64,000 bases of DNA, taken from positions 3,658,001-3,722,000 of the forward strand of contig NC_092674.1 in the NCBI RefSeq assembly GCF_964355755.1, given 5' to 3'. The notes under the pieces were generated by a model. That model was given only the letters and a program-made list of their open reading frames with translations. It was not told the origin of the DNA and did not search any database. Made by a program: the position numbers and the translations under genes. How positions within the stretch are numbered: the stretch's first letter is position 1; the number at the start of each line of letters is the position of its first letter. This document shows positions 48,101 through 61,099 of this stretch, piece after piece. The DNA is from Antedon mediterranea. Its lineage: Eukaryota > Animalia > Echinodermata.

Positions 48101-51100
48101 AGCACGCGTCATAGCCGCCTCATGCTGCGTGTCTTCATCGTCATCGCTCGATGGATCGTTCATGAAACATATCTGAAGATTCATTCCACTTTGAAGTCGT
48201 GCTGATAACTTGTCACGTCCTTTGCCGTAAATGTCGCCCTCTGCATCTTCTTCACTTAACCCGGCTCTTGCTAAACGTTTTAAAATCTCCTGCCGACAAC
48301 TGCGCTGTGCCTGTAGGGAAAAAAAATATTAAAATTAATTAATATTAAAGATAAAGTTCTGCCAAATTTAATATACAATGAGCGTTACTCAAACTGGAGT
48401 AAAACTATGTCATCAAATTGAGTATTTACTCAAACTGGAGTAAAACTATGTCATCAAATTGAGTATTTACTCAAACTGGAGTAAAACTATGTCATCAAAT
48501 TGAGTATTTACTCAAACTGGAGTAACACTATGTCTTCATATTGAGTGTTTACTCAAACTGGAGTAACACTATGTCATCAAATTGAGTATTTACTCAAACT
48601 GGAGTAAAACTATATCATCAAATTGAGTATTTACTTAAACTGGAGTAACACTATATCATCATAATTGAGTGTTTACTCAAACTGGAGTAACACTATATCA
48701 TCTAATTGAGTGTTTACTCAAACTGGAGTAACACTATATCATCTAATTGAGTGTTTACTCAAACTGGAGTAACACTATAGCATCAAATTGAATGTTTACT
48801 CAAACTGATTCAAACAATGAATCTAGTTCTCCTTAAAAACAAAATGTGCACATACATCTCTACACTAGCGTGTCTACAAACCCCTTGTACTGAAATGTAC
48901 ATTACCGTTTTTGGACTATTTGTTGCAGGTGACTGTTTATCTTGTTTTTCTAATTCCTTTGCTTTTTCACCTTCCTTTTTTCTTTCAATATTTGCAATTC
49001 GTTTTTCAAGAGTATCCCAATCCATGATTGGTAGTCCGGAAGAATCCATTTTATCATTAGGTAATTTCTTTAAGTGATCGCAAGAAGCATTGACAGTAGC
49101 AGCGGCCAAATGTTTACAAGTCGTTTCAAAATCTTTGGCAAATTCCGGATTATTCCTTGTCCTGTTTGGTTCTGTTTTTGATTTATTCTTACTACTATTT
49201 ATAGTCCTATCACCTTCCAAATGTATTTCACTTTGCACATCATTTGCATATGGTTCACCTGTATCAGAGTCATTTGCATTTGCATCTAGTTCCCCACCTG
49301 TACTTTCAGTAAGGTGCATTTTTAAGCCATTACAAACGATAGTATCACAAGCCTTTATATCAAGGTCCTCAGTAATAGTAACATTTTCGCTTTCGTCCGA
49401 TTTACTAAGCTCGTTCTGCGCTTCCCAGTCAGGGGTCGTCATGCTACTAGAGGTCGTCGCCCCATAATCACTCTCGCTCTCTGACTCGTAAACATTATCG
49501 GGTCCAAATATTTGTCCTTCCAACTCTGAAAATTCTTCAGCTAAACTGAGTCTATTTAAATTTGTAATATCCTTGTCGAGACTTTTAGGTCTGCGTTTGA
49601 TAATTGTTTCGTTTTCATTCTGCAAGTCAGGGCTATGATTGCTCAACCCACGTATTTTCTGCATGTCTTGACTCTGATTATTAAGGCCCTGGATAATATC
49701 TGGCTGATTATCAGCTGATAGTTTTGTAAGCATTGACATCGTATAGCCTGAAAAAAAAACCGTAAATTAAAATGATTTTATTTTAGTCACTGGTTGGAAG
49801 TACACACCTAATTGGTGACAGTAGTTTAGGCTGCTTTTGTGCTTTCCTGTCAGCTATTGACTATGATTTTATATTTTCCCTTTGCTTTGTGTTTATTTAA
49901 TTTGTTGATTTGTATTATATTTTCAATAATAATATTCAGGGGCTAGGGTTAGGGAAAATGATAAAATGATGATCAAGATATCAATAATTATAAATTTATC
50001 AATCTATTATAAACTAGTGAAATCAATTTTTTTGCTTAATTGCAAGAAACATATAATATAATATAATCCGAAATTAGGCTTTAATAATAATAATGATAAT
50101 AATAAAAATATTTATTTTCATAAAAGAAATAAAACTATTATATACATGAAATAAAGTGTTTTGTTGGAGCAACGTTACAGCCATCAATCAAACAACTTTC
50201 AAGAAATTACAAAGAACCCTTACCTTGATTTGTTTGTTGATGTTTTTGCTGTTCACTTTTATTATTATCCTCTACACTGTTTTCAACTTGTCTTGGATTA
50301 CCATTCCCATCTAATAGTTGAGTATCATTTTTACCATCTTCTTCTTTATCGTTATCATCATCATCATTTCTCCTGTTATTCTCCTTGAATTCTGCCTCTA
50401 CCTCTTCTTCTTCTTCCTTTGCTTGTTTGCTTTGTTGCTTCTTATATTTTCTCCAAGCTCTCTGAATACTGTAAAACAAAAAACAATGTTGGAATTTTAA
50501 GTATTTTATCATCATAACATTCCATGAATTCTACATACATTTTATAGCAGCTTGCTAGAAGTTTTTAGAAAAGCTACTTGCCAACATTTTAAGGGAACAT
50601 TTGTACAGTACAGTAGGGTATAGCATTATACTACACTGTAAGTGTAAATGGCATCAAGCGCCACTGTCCATACAGTCAACAATTTCCTGCAGTATTCTCG
50701 ATATTGTAATCATAATGGTAGTCTTATATAGGGCCTAGCGCCTAATAATGGACTTTATCAATGATGTAGCCACATGAAATAAAGTAGTGTGGTTTTCGCA
50801 AGAAAAGAGAACAATCTTTGTTCAAGCCACTGGGTTGTCAAAGACCTGTGAAAAAGTAGTCAGGGTTGAAACCTTACCAACCGTACTGGTGGCTACGGCC
50901 CTAATCTTATGGTTATACTTATTGTTGAATATGAGATGAAACCAAATATATTTTAAAATGTATTTTCAAATACATTTCACATTTAAGTGATAGTCAGCTA
51001 GATTGACTAGCTATATTAATAATACATGAATTTGGATGTATAAATAAAATATGAAAAAAGGAAATGATCGAAAACTGAAATAAAAATGAAATTTATCAAG

Positions 51101-54100
51101 GTAAAGTATATTATCTAGTCAACAGGAAATTACAAAGAAAAACCTATAATGGTGATATTGAACAAGCTATATACTCCCACTCTAAAGCTCTGTCTACACT
51201 AACAAACTAGTTTGACAAAAAAATGATGTGCCTAAATACGCCATGATTAAATAATGGTAGTGATTCAGTGTATATGTATAGTGTATGATACATAGTGTAC
51301 AGAGCTTAATGCAATTACAGCTCAATATTAATAATCATAGTATCCATATATATATACAGGTAAGCATGTGAATTTGTAAATGTTTACAAAATTAACCCAT
51401 TTCAATTGTGTTTTAATGACTAAAGAGTCATTAAATAAATCAGAAGATATGTTCAGTATTGCTTATAAACAAGATAAATAAATGTTGTTTTATTTCAATG
51501 TTTCATTTAATAAGATAACACCTATTCAGGGGACACCTCTATTATGGGAACACTTTAAAGGATCCTAAAGGTGTTGTATAACAGGGACTCTACTGTAGTA
51601 TAGGATGATGCATGAGATGTATACTTTAGACTGAAACCTAAATGGTTAGGGCAGCACCTATTCAGGAGACACCTCTATTTTTTATGGGAACACTTTAAAG
51701 GATCCTAAAGGTGTCCTAATAGGGACTCTACTGTAGTATATATGGATGATGCATTAGATGTATACTTTAGACTGAAACCTAAATGGTTAGGGCAGCACCT
51801 ATTCAGGAGACACCTCTATTATGGGGACACTTTAAAGGATCCTAAAGGTGTCCTATAACAGGGACTCTACTGTAGTATAGGATGATGCATTAGATGTATA
51901 CATTAGGCTGAAACTTAAATGGTTAAGACTGAACTGAAAGCCTAGAAAAAGATACAATGATCAATGTGTTTACACTTAGTAAATCCAATTATCTCAGTAG
52001 TATTTGCAAAAAGCGAAGAATTGCTGTCCACACTAGTAATTAAGTGCCTCTGATGTAGGATGTAGGAAACATGAAATTAGGACAACACATGGGGTTTGTT
52101 ATTCTACAAAAAGGAATGTCACAAAATGTGTTATTACGCATATTTTAAATATCATCACTTCCGCTGCTGGCTACAGGTTTGCAATAATAAATAATAATGG
52201 TTAAGTCTTTTATTGCGCCTAATACAATGTTTCTAAGCGCCTTACATGCAGAGTATAAAAAATACCAGTAGGCCTACAATAGCAGTTATTACAAAGGTGA
52301 AAGGTTATAACGAAAGATGAAACTAAAATGTTGACCATGACAGTTAACAGATGGGAGCACTGCACCCCCAAGTAATTGGCGTAATGCAGAGGCCTGAGGC
52401 CCCTGGTTTAGGAGTGTTTAAGTGGCCCTCCAACGCTGGAGACTTCAGGCATTTTTAGCCATATTTGAATGGCTGTTTTTTCCTCTGGGCACTGCTGGGT
52501 TTAGCCAGTGAGCGCTCATAGTCGTTACTCCACTGAACCAAGGATTAACCCACCAGGTATAGTAGGTACAGTAGCAAAAACAGCGCCAACTGACTTCTGA
52601 TATTGTGATTAGTTAAATTATTGATTTCTTTTATACACATTGTACATTTGTTGGCATCTGCAAGGGGCAGGTGATTCGGCTAAGATGTCAATATGTTGTA
52701 ATTAAAACACTACACAGATGATTTCTCATTTTGTTGTTGTTTAACCCATACAGGCTACATTAAGTCCTCTGTCTGTATTGGTTTACAAACAAGGAAAAAT
52801 GGAGCAGAGTGATAAAGAGAAGACTCTGATATCCCAGCGCAAAGAGCTCTATCCGAATCAATGAGAAAAGTCAAGAGACCCAAAGGATGACACAAAACCA
52901 CACGGATAAAAATTATAGAAAATGATATGAAAAGAAAAGTGACACTTTCGGCAATAATCGCACTAATTTGAGAAGTCTTGGTATACTACTGTGTGTTGCA
53001 AGATGTTCAGTGTTTGTGATGATTGGTTAATAGTGCCGGATCATAATCCCAGAAGGCCCGGCCGAAAAAAGAAAGTATCAAATGCTACACGTAATACCTA
53101 CTTCGCCTGCCCAACTGAACACATTTGGAATGCTGGCCCAAAATGGATACTATATAAAGCTCTGTCTACACTATCAAACTAGTATGACCAAAATCTGTGA
53201 TGTGCCCAAATATGGTAGTGATATGACTATGTCCATATATATTTGTTTGTACCTAACACCATAAAGTTTAGACAGGGCTTAAGACATTACAGTATATTCC
53301 CCACTGAAAATGTTTCAATTTTGTTGAGCCTCATATAGAAACATAAAACACAAAAGCTTTTAAATGATTGGAAATCTGAACAGGAAAAAACAGACGAAAG
53401 TGGAATAGGTATTAATTTTCACATTTCTACAAAGTCAGCTAAAGAATTTGTTCAATCAAAACAACATTAATGTTGAAACATAAGGAACATTAAAATGACA
53501 TGACGCACATAAAATGTTGACACGAAAATTGCAGCTGTCTAAATACGTTCTTCTAAAACAAGGTTATGATTTATGAATATTCAGGAGATGAAAACTAATG
53601 AGAAGAGAGAAATTTTGAAAACTTACGTAATAACACGAGATACAAGAAGTTGTGTTCTGTTGCGACGGATGCAGTGATTGTCTTCAAATTCAACTTGAAG
53701 CTTGTGACTGTAAGAAAATAAGAAGTTGTTCATAAAACATGTGACTCAAAAGGAAATTAAAGGCAGGGATCTTCTCAGAAAACTATTTAGGAAAAATTTA
53801 CATTGACAATTGGTAGGGATCAGCTTAACACTGTCAATTAATGCTCAATTAACACTCAATCAATCAAAATCAACATTTATTTCCAAAATGGTGGCGTCAC
53901 CAAAAAAGCAAAGCTTGTGTCAGGAACGCCCAAACAAAACAATCAAAAACAAACAAAACATATAAATAAGACACTACTGTAGTTGTACAGTTCGGCTAAA
54001 GGGGATTTTAAATATTGTGACCAAAGTCATTCTCTACTATTCTCTTTCCTCTTTCTCGAGAATAATAAATAACCTGAATATGTAATGTAAATAGCCATAA

Positions 54101-57100
54101 TGACTCATATTGACTATGAACAGGAATAATTATGTTGAATATGCAATATGCCTCCCCACAAACCACCTGAGGCCACAGTTCATGGACTATACCATTGTGG
54201 AGAGGAGTTATCATGTTACATCTAGCTCTTCGAGGAGAAAGGGCTATTGTTGGTTTATCCAGGTAAGCTAGGCACGAAATAGACACAAGTTGTTTACTAA
54301 GAGTCTACCTACTTTTCTATCAGTAATTCCCCTTCTTCTACCTGTTGTTGTATCTTCCTCATACGCATGACTTCCTCCTAAACAATAAATTTAAAGACAA
54401 CATCATGTATAATTTTCGATAACTTTTATATTAACTTTTTGGCTCTGTGTCAAAACTGAACCAACATTTGCTAAACCCAACCAGTAAAAGCATCCGGGAA
54501 ACCTAACACTCCGGGTAGTAGTCGTGTTAAGCTATCACGGCATAGATTGGCTTGTGAGCATGTGCAGTTTCTTCCTGGCCTTGGGGACCTCTCTTTGCGC
54601 ATTCAAACTCTCAAAATAATATTCAATTCTAGGAAACTTGGATTAGGCTTTTGAAAACCACACGTCAATAGTAAGTGGCTAGGACAAATTAGTTAATACA
54701 GTGTGTACACAAGCTGCACTATCGTGGATATGATAGATTAGCAGTCCATCTGCAATAATATACACTTAAGCTCTGTCTCCACTATCAAACTTTATGCGAC
54801 AACAAAATGTGATGTGTCCATATATGGACAGTTGAGTAGAAAGATATTTGTGACTGTGAGTTACAAACATGTCACTGGTCAGGATTGAACCCCGGACATT
54901 AGGGCTCTACTACAATTTTATTCAAACGAGGCTATTATTGAATAAGTATGGCATGTTTGAATTATTATGTAATTCAACCGCATAAATCGAACAACACCTA
55001 AATGACCATGATACCTCCACTGAAATCTGTATGTCACAGGGAAAGGCAAACCAAAAACTATGAATGCTGCACTAAAAAAACTGCATATTATCATCAGCTG
55101 ATGTTTATACTGCCAGAGATTGGAATGTACACTTTTTTAATTAGCGTTAAAATATTTTAATATTTAATAATACCGAAAAATTCTAAAACATATGCAAATG
55201 ATATTTAAAAGAAAAGTATTTTTAACTAAAATGATATTGATAGTGGTTTTCACACTTTTCATTAAAATCTTTTAAAAATTCATGAAATGTTTTATTACAT
55301 TTTTTATTTAAAACACATCGCTTGAGAAATGTATTGACGACTAAGAATTTGTTAGTAATTTTTGATGACTGTTACTTGCAGTTGTGTAGAGAGTTTTGTT
55401 ATTAGTTTTCCAAGAGCGTTATAGTGTATATTAGAGAATTTCATTGACTATACACATGTAATTAGATATTTGAACAGGGTGTCAGACATGTTGAAAATAT
55501 ACAGAATATAATCAATAACGATAGTAAGAATTTCACATGTACAAGGTTGAGATTTAATCTTATTGGACGCACGCTATTTGTATCTTTTACTCATAATAAT
55601 ATTTCTAGCAGTTATTACAAGTTTTCTGAATTGTTCCCTTAAAACATTGACAAATAGATATACATTTTGTAACAGCTAATTGAGCTAATTTGTATTAATA
55701 GATAAAACCCAAAATAGTGAATATTTAAACTTGTGGACTCCAAAAAAAAAATAAATAAGAATGTTTGATTATTATTCTGTTCCATAATTTGTGATAATTG
55801 AAAACCAAGAAAGACATCAAACAACTTAAATAACTAGCCAATGAAAGATCCGATTGGAAAAAACCGGTAAAAGAGATTTACGGAGCAGCCCAAGCTGAAA
55901 TGTCGGCAGACTTTTTCAGCGGAGAGGCAGTAGTCATAATCATCATCATAGTTTGTGATACAAATTTTGTTGGTTGTATGAATTGTCAAAAGAAAATTTT
56001 AGATTTTTACTTTTTGTATTAAAACCTAAAGCATCTTTAAAATTGATTGATTTTAGTGTGTGTTACACATTTGCAATTCAACATTAAGGATAAAGATTAA
56101 AATAAATTTATTCTTCCAATAATGAATATTGACATCATAATTTATTATCATTTTAAATTATTTTCCATTTAAGGTTAATAACATTTCCAATATTTGAAAA
56201 AATGTTTAGTTAGAAAAATAGGTATCACTTCCCACTGCAGTAACACACGCCCACCATTTTTTGGATCACAGCCAATATAATGCTATATATGGTCGTAACA
56301 ATCGTCACCATTCATAAATACTCTTTACATTAATTTTCATAATAGAAATAATGTCACGTTCGCTGTCTACAATATACAGTGTATAAATACACCTCAACAT
56401 TTACGTCAACATCATATCTAAATATTCTAAAATTATTCGATTCAATTGACATTGACATACTTTATAATGTATTGTATAATTTTATTTTATAAATTTTTTT
56501 ATTACTACTTTTTAATAGGATAATACTGTAATTCAATATTCTAGCCCACAAAATTAGAATTTCAATTAATAAAGATCAAGTTTAAAAAACAATATTGTAA
56601 CTTTGTCTTGGATGACATTCTAGCATATTTTAAAGATATGGTGGCCTTGTTGCATTGACTTTTTATATACATTTTCGTTTTTGTGATATGAGCTCTTAGA
56701 TTAAGATATTTTTTTTCTCTCTTTTGCTATGGATATATTATGTCACCATGGTATTCCTAAATAAAAAGATGAATGAATGATGTTAAACAATATTCGAAGG
56801 TACTCGTTCGTTCATTCGCCACCACTAATACGTTGTTCTTATTTATCGCTTAATGCTCAAAGCCTAAAACTTGTCACATTATTTACTCAGACACGTATAG
56901 AAACACTGCTGTAGTAATCAGCATAGTTTGTGCTATGCTTTGACCTTACCAGGTACCCATTGTATACCTGGGTGGAAAGAGGCAAATGTAAGTAAGTGTC
57001 GACTTGTCGAAGGATACAAGTAATGTGACAAGCATTCGACTCAAACTTCCGACCTCGTGATCAGAAGTCAAATGTCCCAATATACTGCACCACACGCTCT

Positions 57101-57430
57101 ATTAGGAAGATGTACTGTGCATGTTGTTAAAATAGTGATTGTGATAGCTTCTGCAACTACCCTAGATGGCCTATTCATGGAAGGTAACAGATGTGAGTCT
57201 TGTGCTGTATTCTATAGTGTATGTATATTAAATATTGCCAAAAGAAGGGATTCCTGGTGAAAAAAATACTGTATACTGTAGGTTATGAAAGAAGCTGCTA
57301 TCCTCACCTGATTAAACCTCTGTATGAGAGCCTGCACGTATTTCTTACGGCCTAAATACCCTCTGTAATGACATTGTATACAAATTGCTGCTAAAACCTC
57401 TCTACTAACATCATCATCCTCCTCAGCCTC
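42090..57430 (-). CDS. SCHIP1: IQCJ-SCHIP1-type protein (IQ motifs plus schwannomin-interacting protein 1 coiled coil); 5' end not found
   Basis: Exons (minus) 57430-57308 ([12 protein letters not shown]), 54377-54313, 53707-53627, 50468-50224 (IQRAWRKY), 49747-48906 ([12 protein letters not shown]), 48310-48095 ([18 protein letters not shown]), 47673-47509 ([28 protein letters not shown]), 46230-46101 (INDLH), 44698-44605 ([30 protein letters not shown]), 42156-42090 (HAAEQQ..*). All introns are GT-AG with consistent phases. Confidence 0.9.
44250..44394. repeat. Dispersed repeat shared with 52375-52534 (hAT-like MITE relic)
   Basis: CCTGGTTTAG..TAAGTGGCCCTCCAA.GCTGGA..GGCACTGCT..TGGGTTTAGCCAGTGA..GCGCTCATAG.CGTTAC is present in both places. 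Confidence 0.6.
48379..48807. repeat. 41-bp minisatellite, about 10.5 copies, filling most of a SCHIP1 intron
   Basis: TTTACTCAAACTGGAGTAA(A/C)ACTAT(G/A)TCATCAAATTGAGT(A/G) units. Confidence 0.95.
51520..51925. repeat. Three tandem ~135-140 bp units containing a Tc1/mariner-type MITE end plus flank
   Basis: CACCTATTCAGG.GACACCTCTATT..CACTTTAAAGGATCCTAAAGGTGT..GGGACTCTACTGTAGTATA..GATGATGCAT..AAATGGTTA occurs three times. Confidence 0.85.
52815..53075 (+). mobile_element. RTE-like LINE 3' fragment
   Basis: Reads [34 protein letters not shown], resembling an RTE ORF C-terminus with an internal stop. Confidence 0.5.
56865..57100 (-). mobile_element. Degenerate tRNA-derived SINE of a second family
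   Basis: Minus strand has decayed A/B boxes (GTGTGGTGCAGT; GAGTCGAATGC) followed by TTCCACCCAGGTATACAATGGGTACCTGG; a related fragment lies near 41000-41025. Confidence 0.45.
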
Positions 57431-57685
57431 CTGAAAATGGTTTAAAATCAGAATAAATGTTATTTATAGATAATTAATCTTCAATATATTGTATTTTTTC
57501 CATGAAAAGTGAGAAATATTAATTCTAATCATATTTTGACAATTAATAAAATATACAGTAGATCTACCTCAATAAGGCTTGGACGAGTTGAGTCAATAAA
57601 ATAATTTTTAGAACATTTTTAAAAAGTCTACAAAACATATAATTTGGTTTATATTACAAAAATATTAACATACTGTACAACGTCA

Positions 57686-57978
57686 ATAAGAATAAAATTA
57701 CACTGGTAACATTAATATAGTGAATTATTAATTTTAACAAATCTCTCATAAAAATACATAAAAACAATTACCTAACAATATGATATTAATATAAAACAAA
57801 TAACCAGTAATAAATCAATACAATATTGAAACATAAATTCTGCTATTAACAAACGTATTATAAGAATAAAAATTCACTATATAGCAACATTAATATAGTG
57901 AATTACTCATTTTAAAAATCTCTCGTACAAATACATCAAAACAATTACCTAACAATATGATATTAATAAATAACCAGT
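57686..57978. repeat. Local AT-rich duplication (~175-bp period); a similar duplication lies at ~58355-58700
   Basis: TAAGAATAAAA..AACATTAATATAGTGAATTA..AAAACAATTACCTAACAATATGATATTAAT occurs twice. Confidence 0.7.
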
Positions 57979-60900
57979 TACTGTTTTTAATTTAAAACAC
58001 AAATCCAGTCAAACTGCTAAGGTGTTGTAGTTAACCGTACGCCTCAATTGGCCTAATAGCCAGCCGCTGTCAAAGCTTGCATATTGCTGCTGCAGTGGCC
58101 AAGCCTTCTGCTATAGCCTACTGTACTGCTAACTAGTTGAAGAGAGAGACGATATCTAATCAACTGCCTGCCTACTATTCGTCGTCTATGCATTTCAATA
58201 TTGATGCAAGCTAAAAACGTATCTTTGCGTCATCGTCTAATAATAATACATTACACAGTGAGATTCAATTTCATTATTGGTGGCTGAATACACAGGCAGG
58301 CAATCCTGATACTCTTGGCTGGTGTATTTCTTCACTATATCTAATCCAATGCAACAGTTACTTAAATATTTTTGTTTTAGAATTTTGTTTTTCAGTTTTC
58401 ATTTAGAATTTGAAATGTATTTTTTAATATGACATTACAAAAGAATATGTATTATTAAAATTATATCATCTATCTTTGACAAAATCTATATTATAAATTA
58501 ATCATAAATGTGTATACAATCTAACAGTAACAATACTTAATATTTTTGTTTTAGAATTTTGTTTTTCAGTTTTCATTTATAACTACAATGTGTTTTTAAT
58601 ATTAATCTTTTTTAATATGACATTATTGTACAACAGGACTGTATGTGTAATATTAAAAAATGTTATCTATCTATGACAAAATCTATATTATAAATTATAA
58701 TCATGAATTTTATGGATAGTACAAAACAGGTACGATTCATAATATTTAAATATTAAAATTTCTTAATTCTTATTTGTAGTATGACGGTACAACAAATATT
58801 AAGAGAAAACTGTATGTATTATCTATAAATCTATTATTATTATTATATTTCTTTAAAGAATTAATATCATTATTAGTTGATCATAAAATAATTTGGTTTA
58901 AATAATAATTAGGTTTTAATGATAATTCATGTTATATAATAATGTTAATGTTATTCCTTCATTTTTTTCTTAATACGACATACGGTACAAAAAACGATAT
59001 CAAAACACTGTATGTAATATGTAATAAAAGGTGGTGTGTATTCTAGTTATATCATAAATAAATATTAATCATAAGGTTCCAGTCTTCAATATGTAATTCA
59101 CATTAATCATAATCACTTATTATCATTATTAATATTATAATAATGGAGGTATACCAATCATAATCATATCAACATTTTTTAATACTATCATTATTTTAAA
59201 TAATGGAGGTACAGTTATCATAATCAAATACGGTACATATTTTGTTCAATTTAGCAAATTTATATACAAATATTTATAACTAAAAGTAACAATTATAATA
59301 ATTACAAATTAAGTATAAATAAAACATAATATATATGTTAATATATCCTAATTAAAATAATTTAATTTATCTAATTGACTGATATTAATATTAATATATA
59401 GAAGGCATACAACTACTGTATAGCACCAAAGCATTCAATCTGTTGATACTGTAGTATACCAGTGATAGCTAAATACTAAATGCTAGTACAGTATGTGGTA
59501 ATTATTATAAATTATTTCACCTAAATGTCACTTCATAGATTTACTGATACTAGACACATAAAACGGGCAAATCAAATATCAGAAAACATTTTATACTTCA
59601 TGACTAGTGTAATATAAATACAGTAATAAGAAACGTTGTCTACAATTACTGTATATCCTCTGATATAATCCCACCCCGCCCTCAACCCCTAGAACATACA
59701 ATTGTGACCATACCTGGGGAAACCCTGAGTTCAGGAAAAAATGATTAGTATAAAAAAGCATCTGAAATTGATAGGCCTACTGTACATTCAAAAGTCAATA
59801 CTGGTACCTAGGGATATGCCTGTTTGTGAAATCAGAAATAAAGTATGGGGTGGGATTATAGCCTAGGATATACAATAGTAATTGCCTTTTTTAAAAACTT
59901 TTTATGTATGTTAATTTTGACATGTTTTTACACGCAATTTGGCCATAAGATGTAAATTGAACAGTAATTTTTAATATACTGTAAATTGTAAGAGAATATA
60001 ATGAACAGGAATAAATCACCAAATATCTAGTTGGGATAATTTTCATGCAAAATTACCCATGTGGATAAAGGCCAACCCATTATTTTTGGGTTCCTGGGTT
60101 AAAGAGATACAGATACAGATCACCATGGCCCATATACAGGAAAACACACAAGTTTTTGGTTCCCAATCCCAGTTAATGATTCTATACCAATCTGGCAGCA
60201 TATTGCAGGCCTTGTCTTTTGAAAATCATAGGTGTGCTACAAATTGCACTCGTCAATACATTCAGGGGTGCTGTAGGTGTGCGGTTTGTATTTTCGTGTG
60301 TAGAAGTATACCAAATATAGGCGCGTTGTAAATCGCACTCCTCAAGGGCAGTTTAGGAGTGTGTTATGTGAGTGGTCGAACTCACTCGCCTTAAAAGGCA
60401 AGGCCTGATACTGTAACACATTTTTAAATTCAAATCTACTTCAACATTTTCAAATGAATTTTTTTTTCACATTTTTCAATGGTACTGTATCTGGTCAACA
60501 CTTGAAAGATAATATTGTCCCCAACCAATGTGACTATTTTTTATTTATTCTATTTTATTCTAAAATAATTTGTTTTTTCTCATCCAACTATTATGTGACA
60601 TTAAAATGGCATAATCAACAAAAATGTTAAAGAACTTTTTTTTTAAGCTGACATATCTTTACATGTACAGTAAATAAGTATATCATAATATTAATTACAT
60701 TTATCTCATAATATTACATAAAACGTGACACAACCTTTTAATGTAACCCAAGTTAATTTATTGAGTATGTGATAAAATGCAGGTGATACACCCGTTTCAC
60801 TTCCGAAGTTACTAAACATAAAATCATTCAAATTAAAGCTTGCAATTAAAGTAGTCATATAACGTAATTCTTGTTGGCACGCACACATTATCGTGTAACT

Positions 60901-61099
60901 GCATATTTTACAGGTCAAAATTAAAGCAGGAATTTATGCTTGAATTTAATATCGATAATACTACTGTATAAAGTGAATTTATAAAGATATAATTTCAGTA
61001 TAAAACACGTACAGACTACTTGGAGAGCCACAATTTCTAACTACTTAAATAAAACCTTCAAAAGATGGTTCATATTAATAATTAGCAATAGCATGTTCT

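Noticed and set aside
59700-59760. Further upstream SCHIP1 exon ending at CCCAG|GTATGG
   Set aside because: A plausible donor, but I found no convincing acceptor, start codon or homology.
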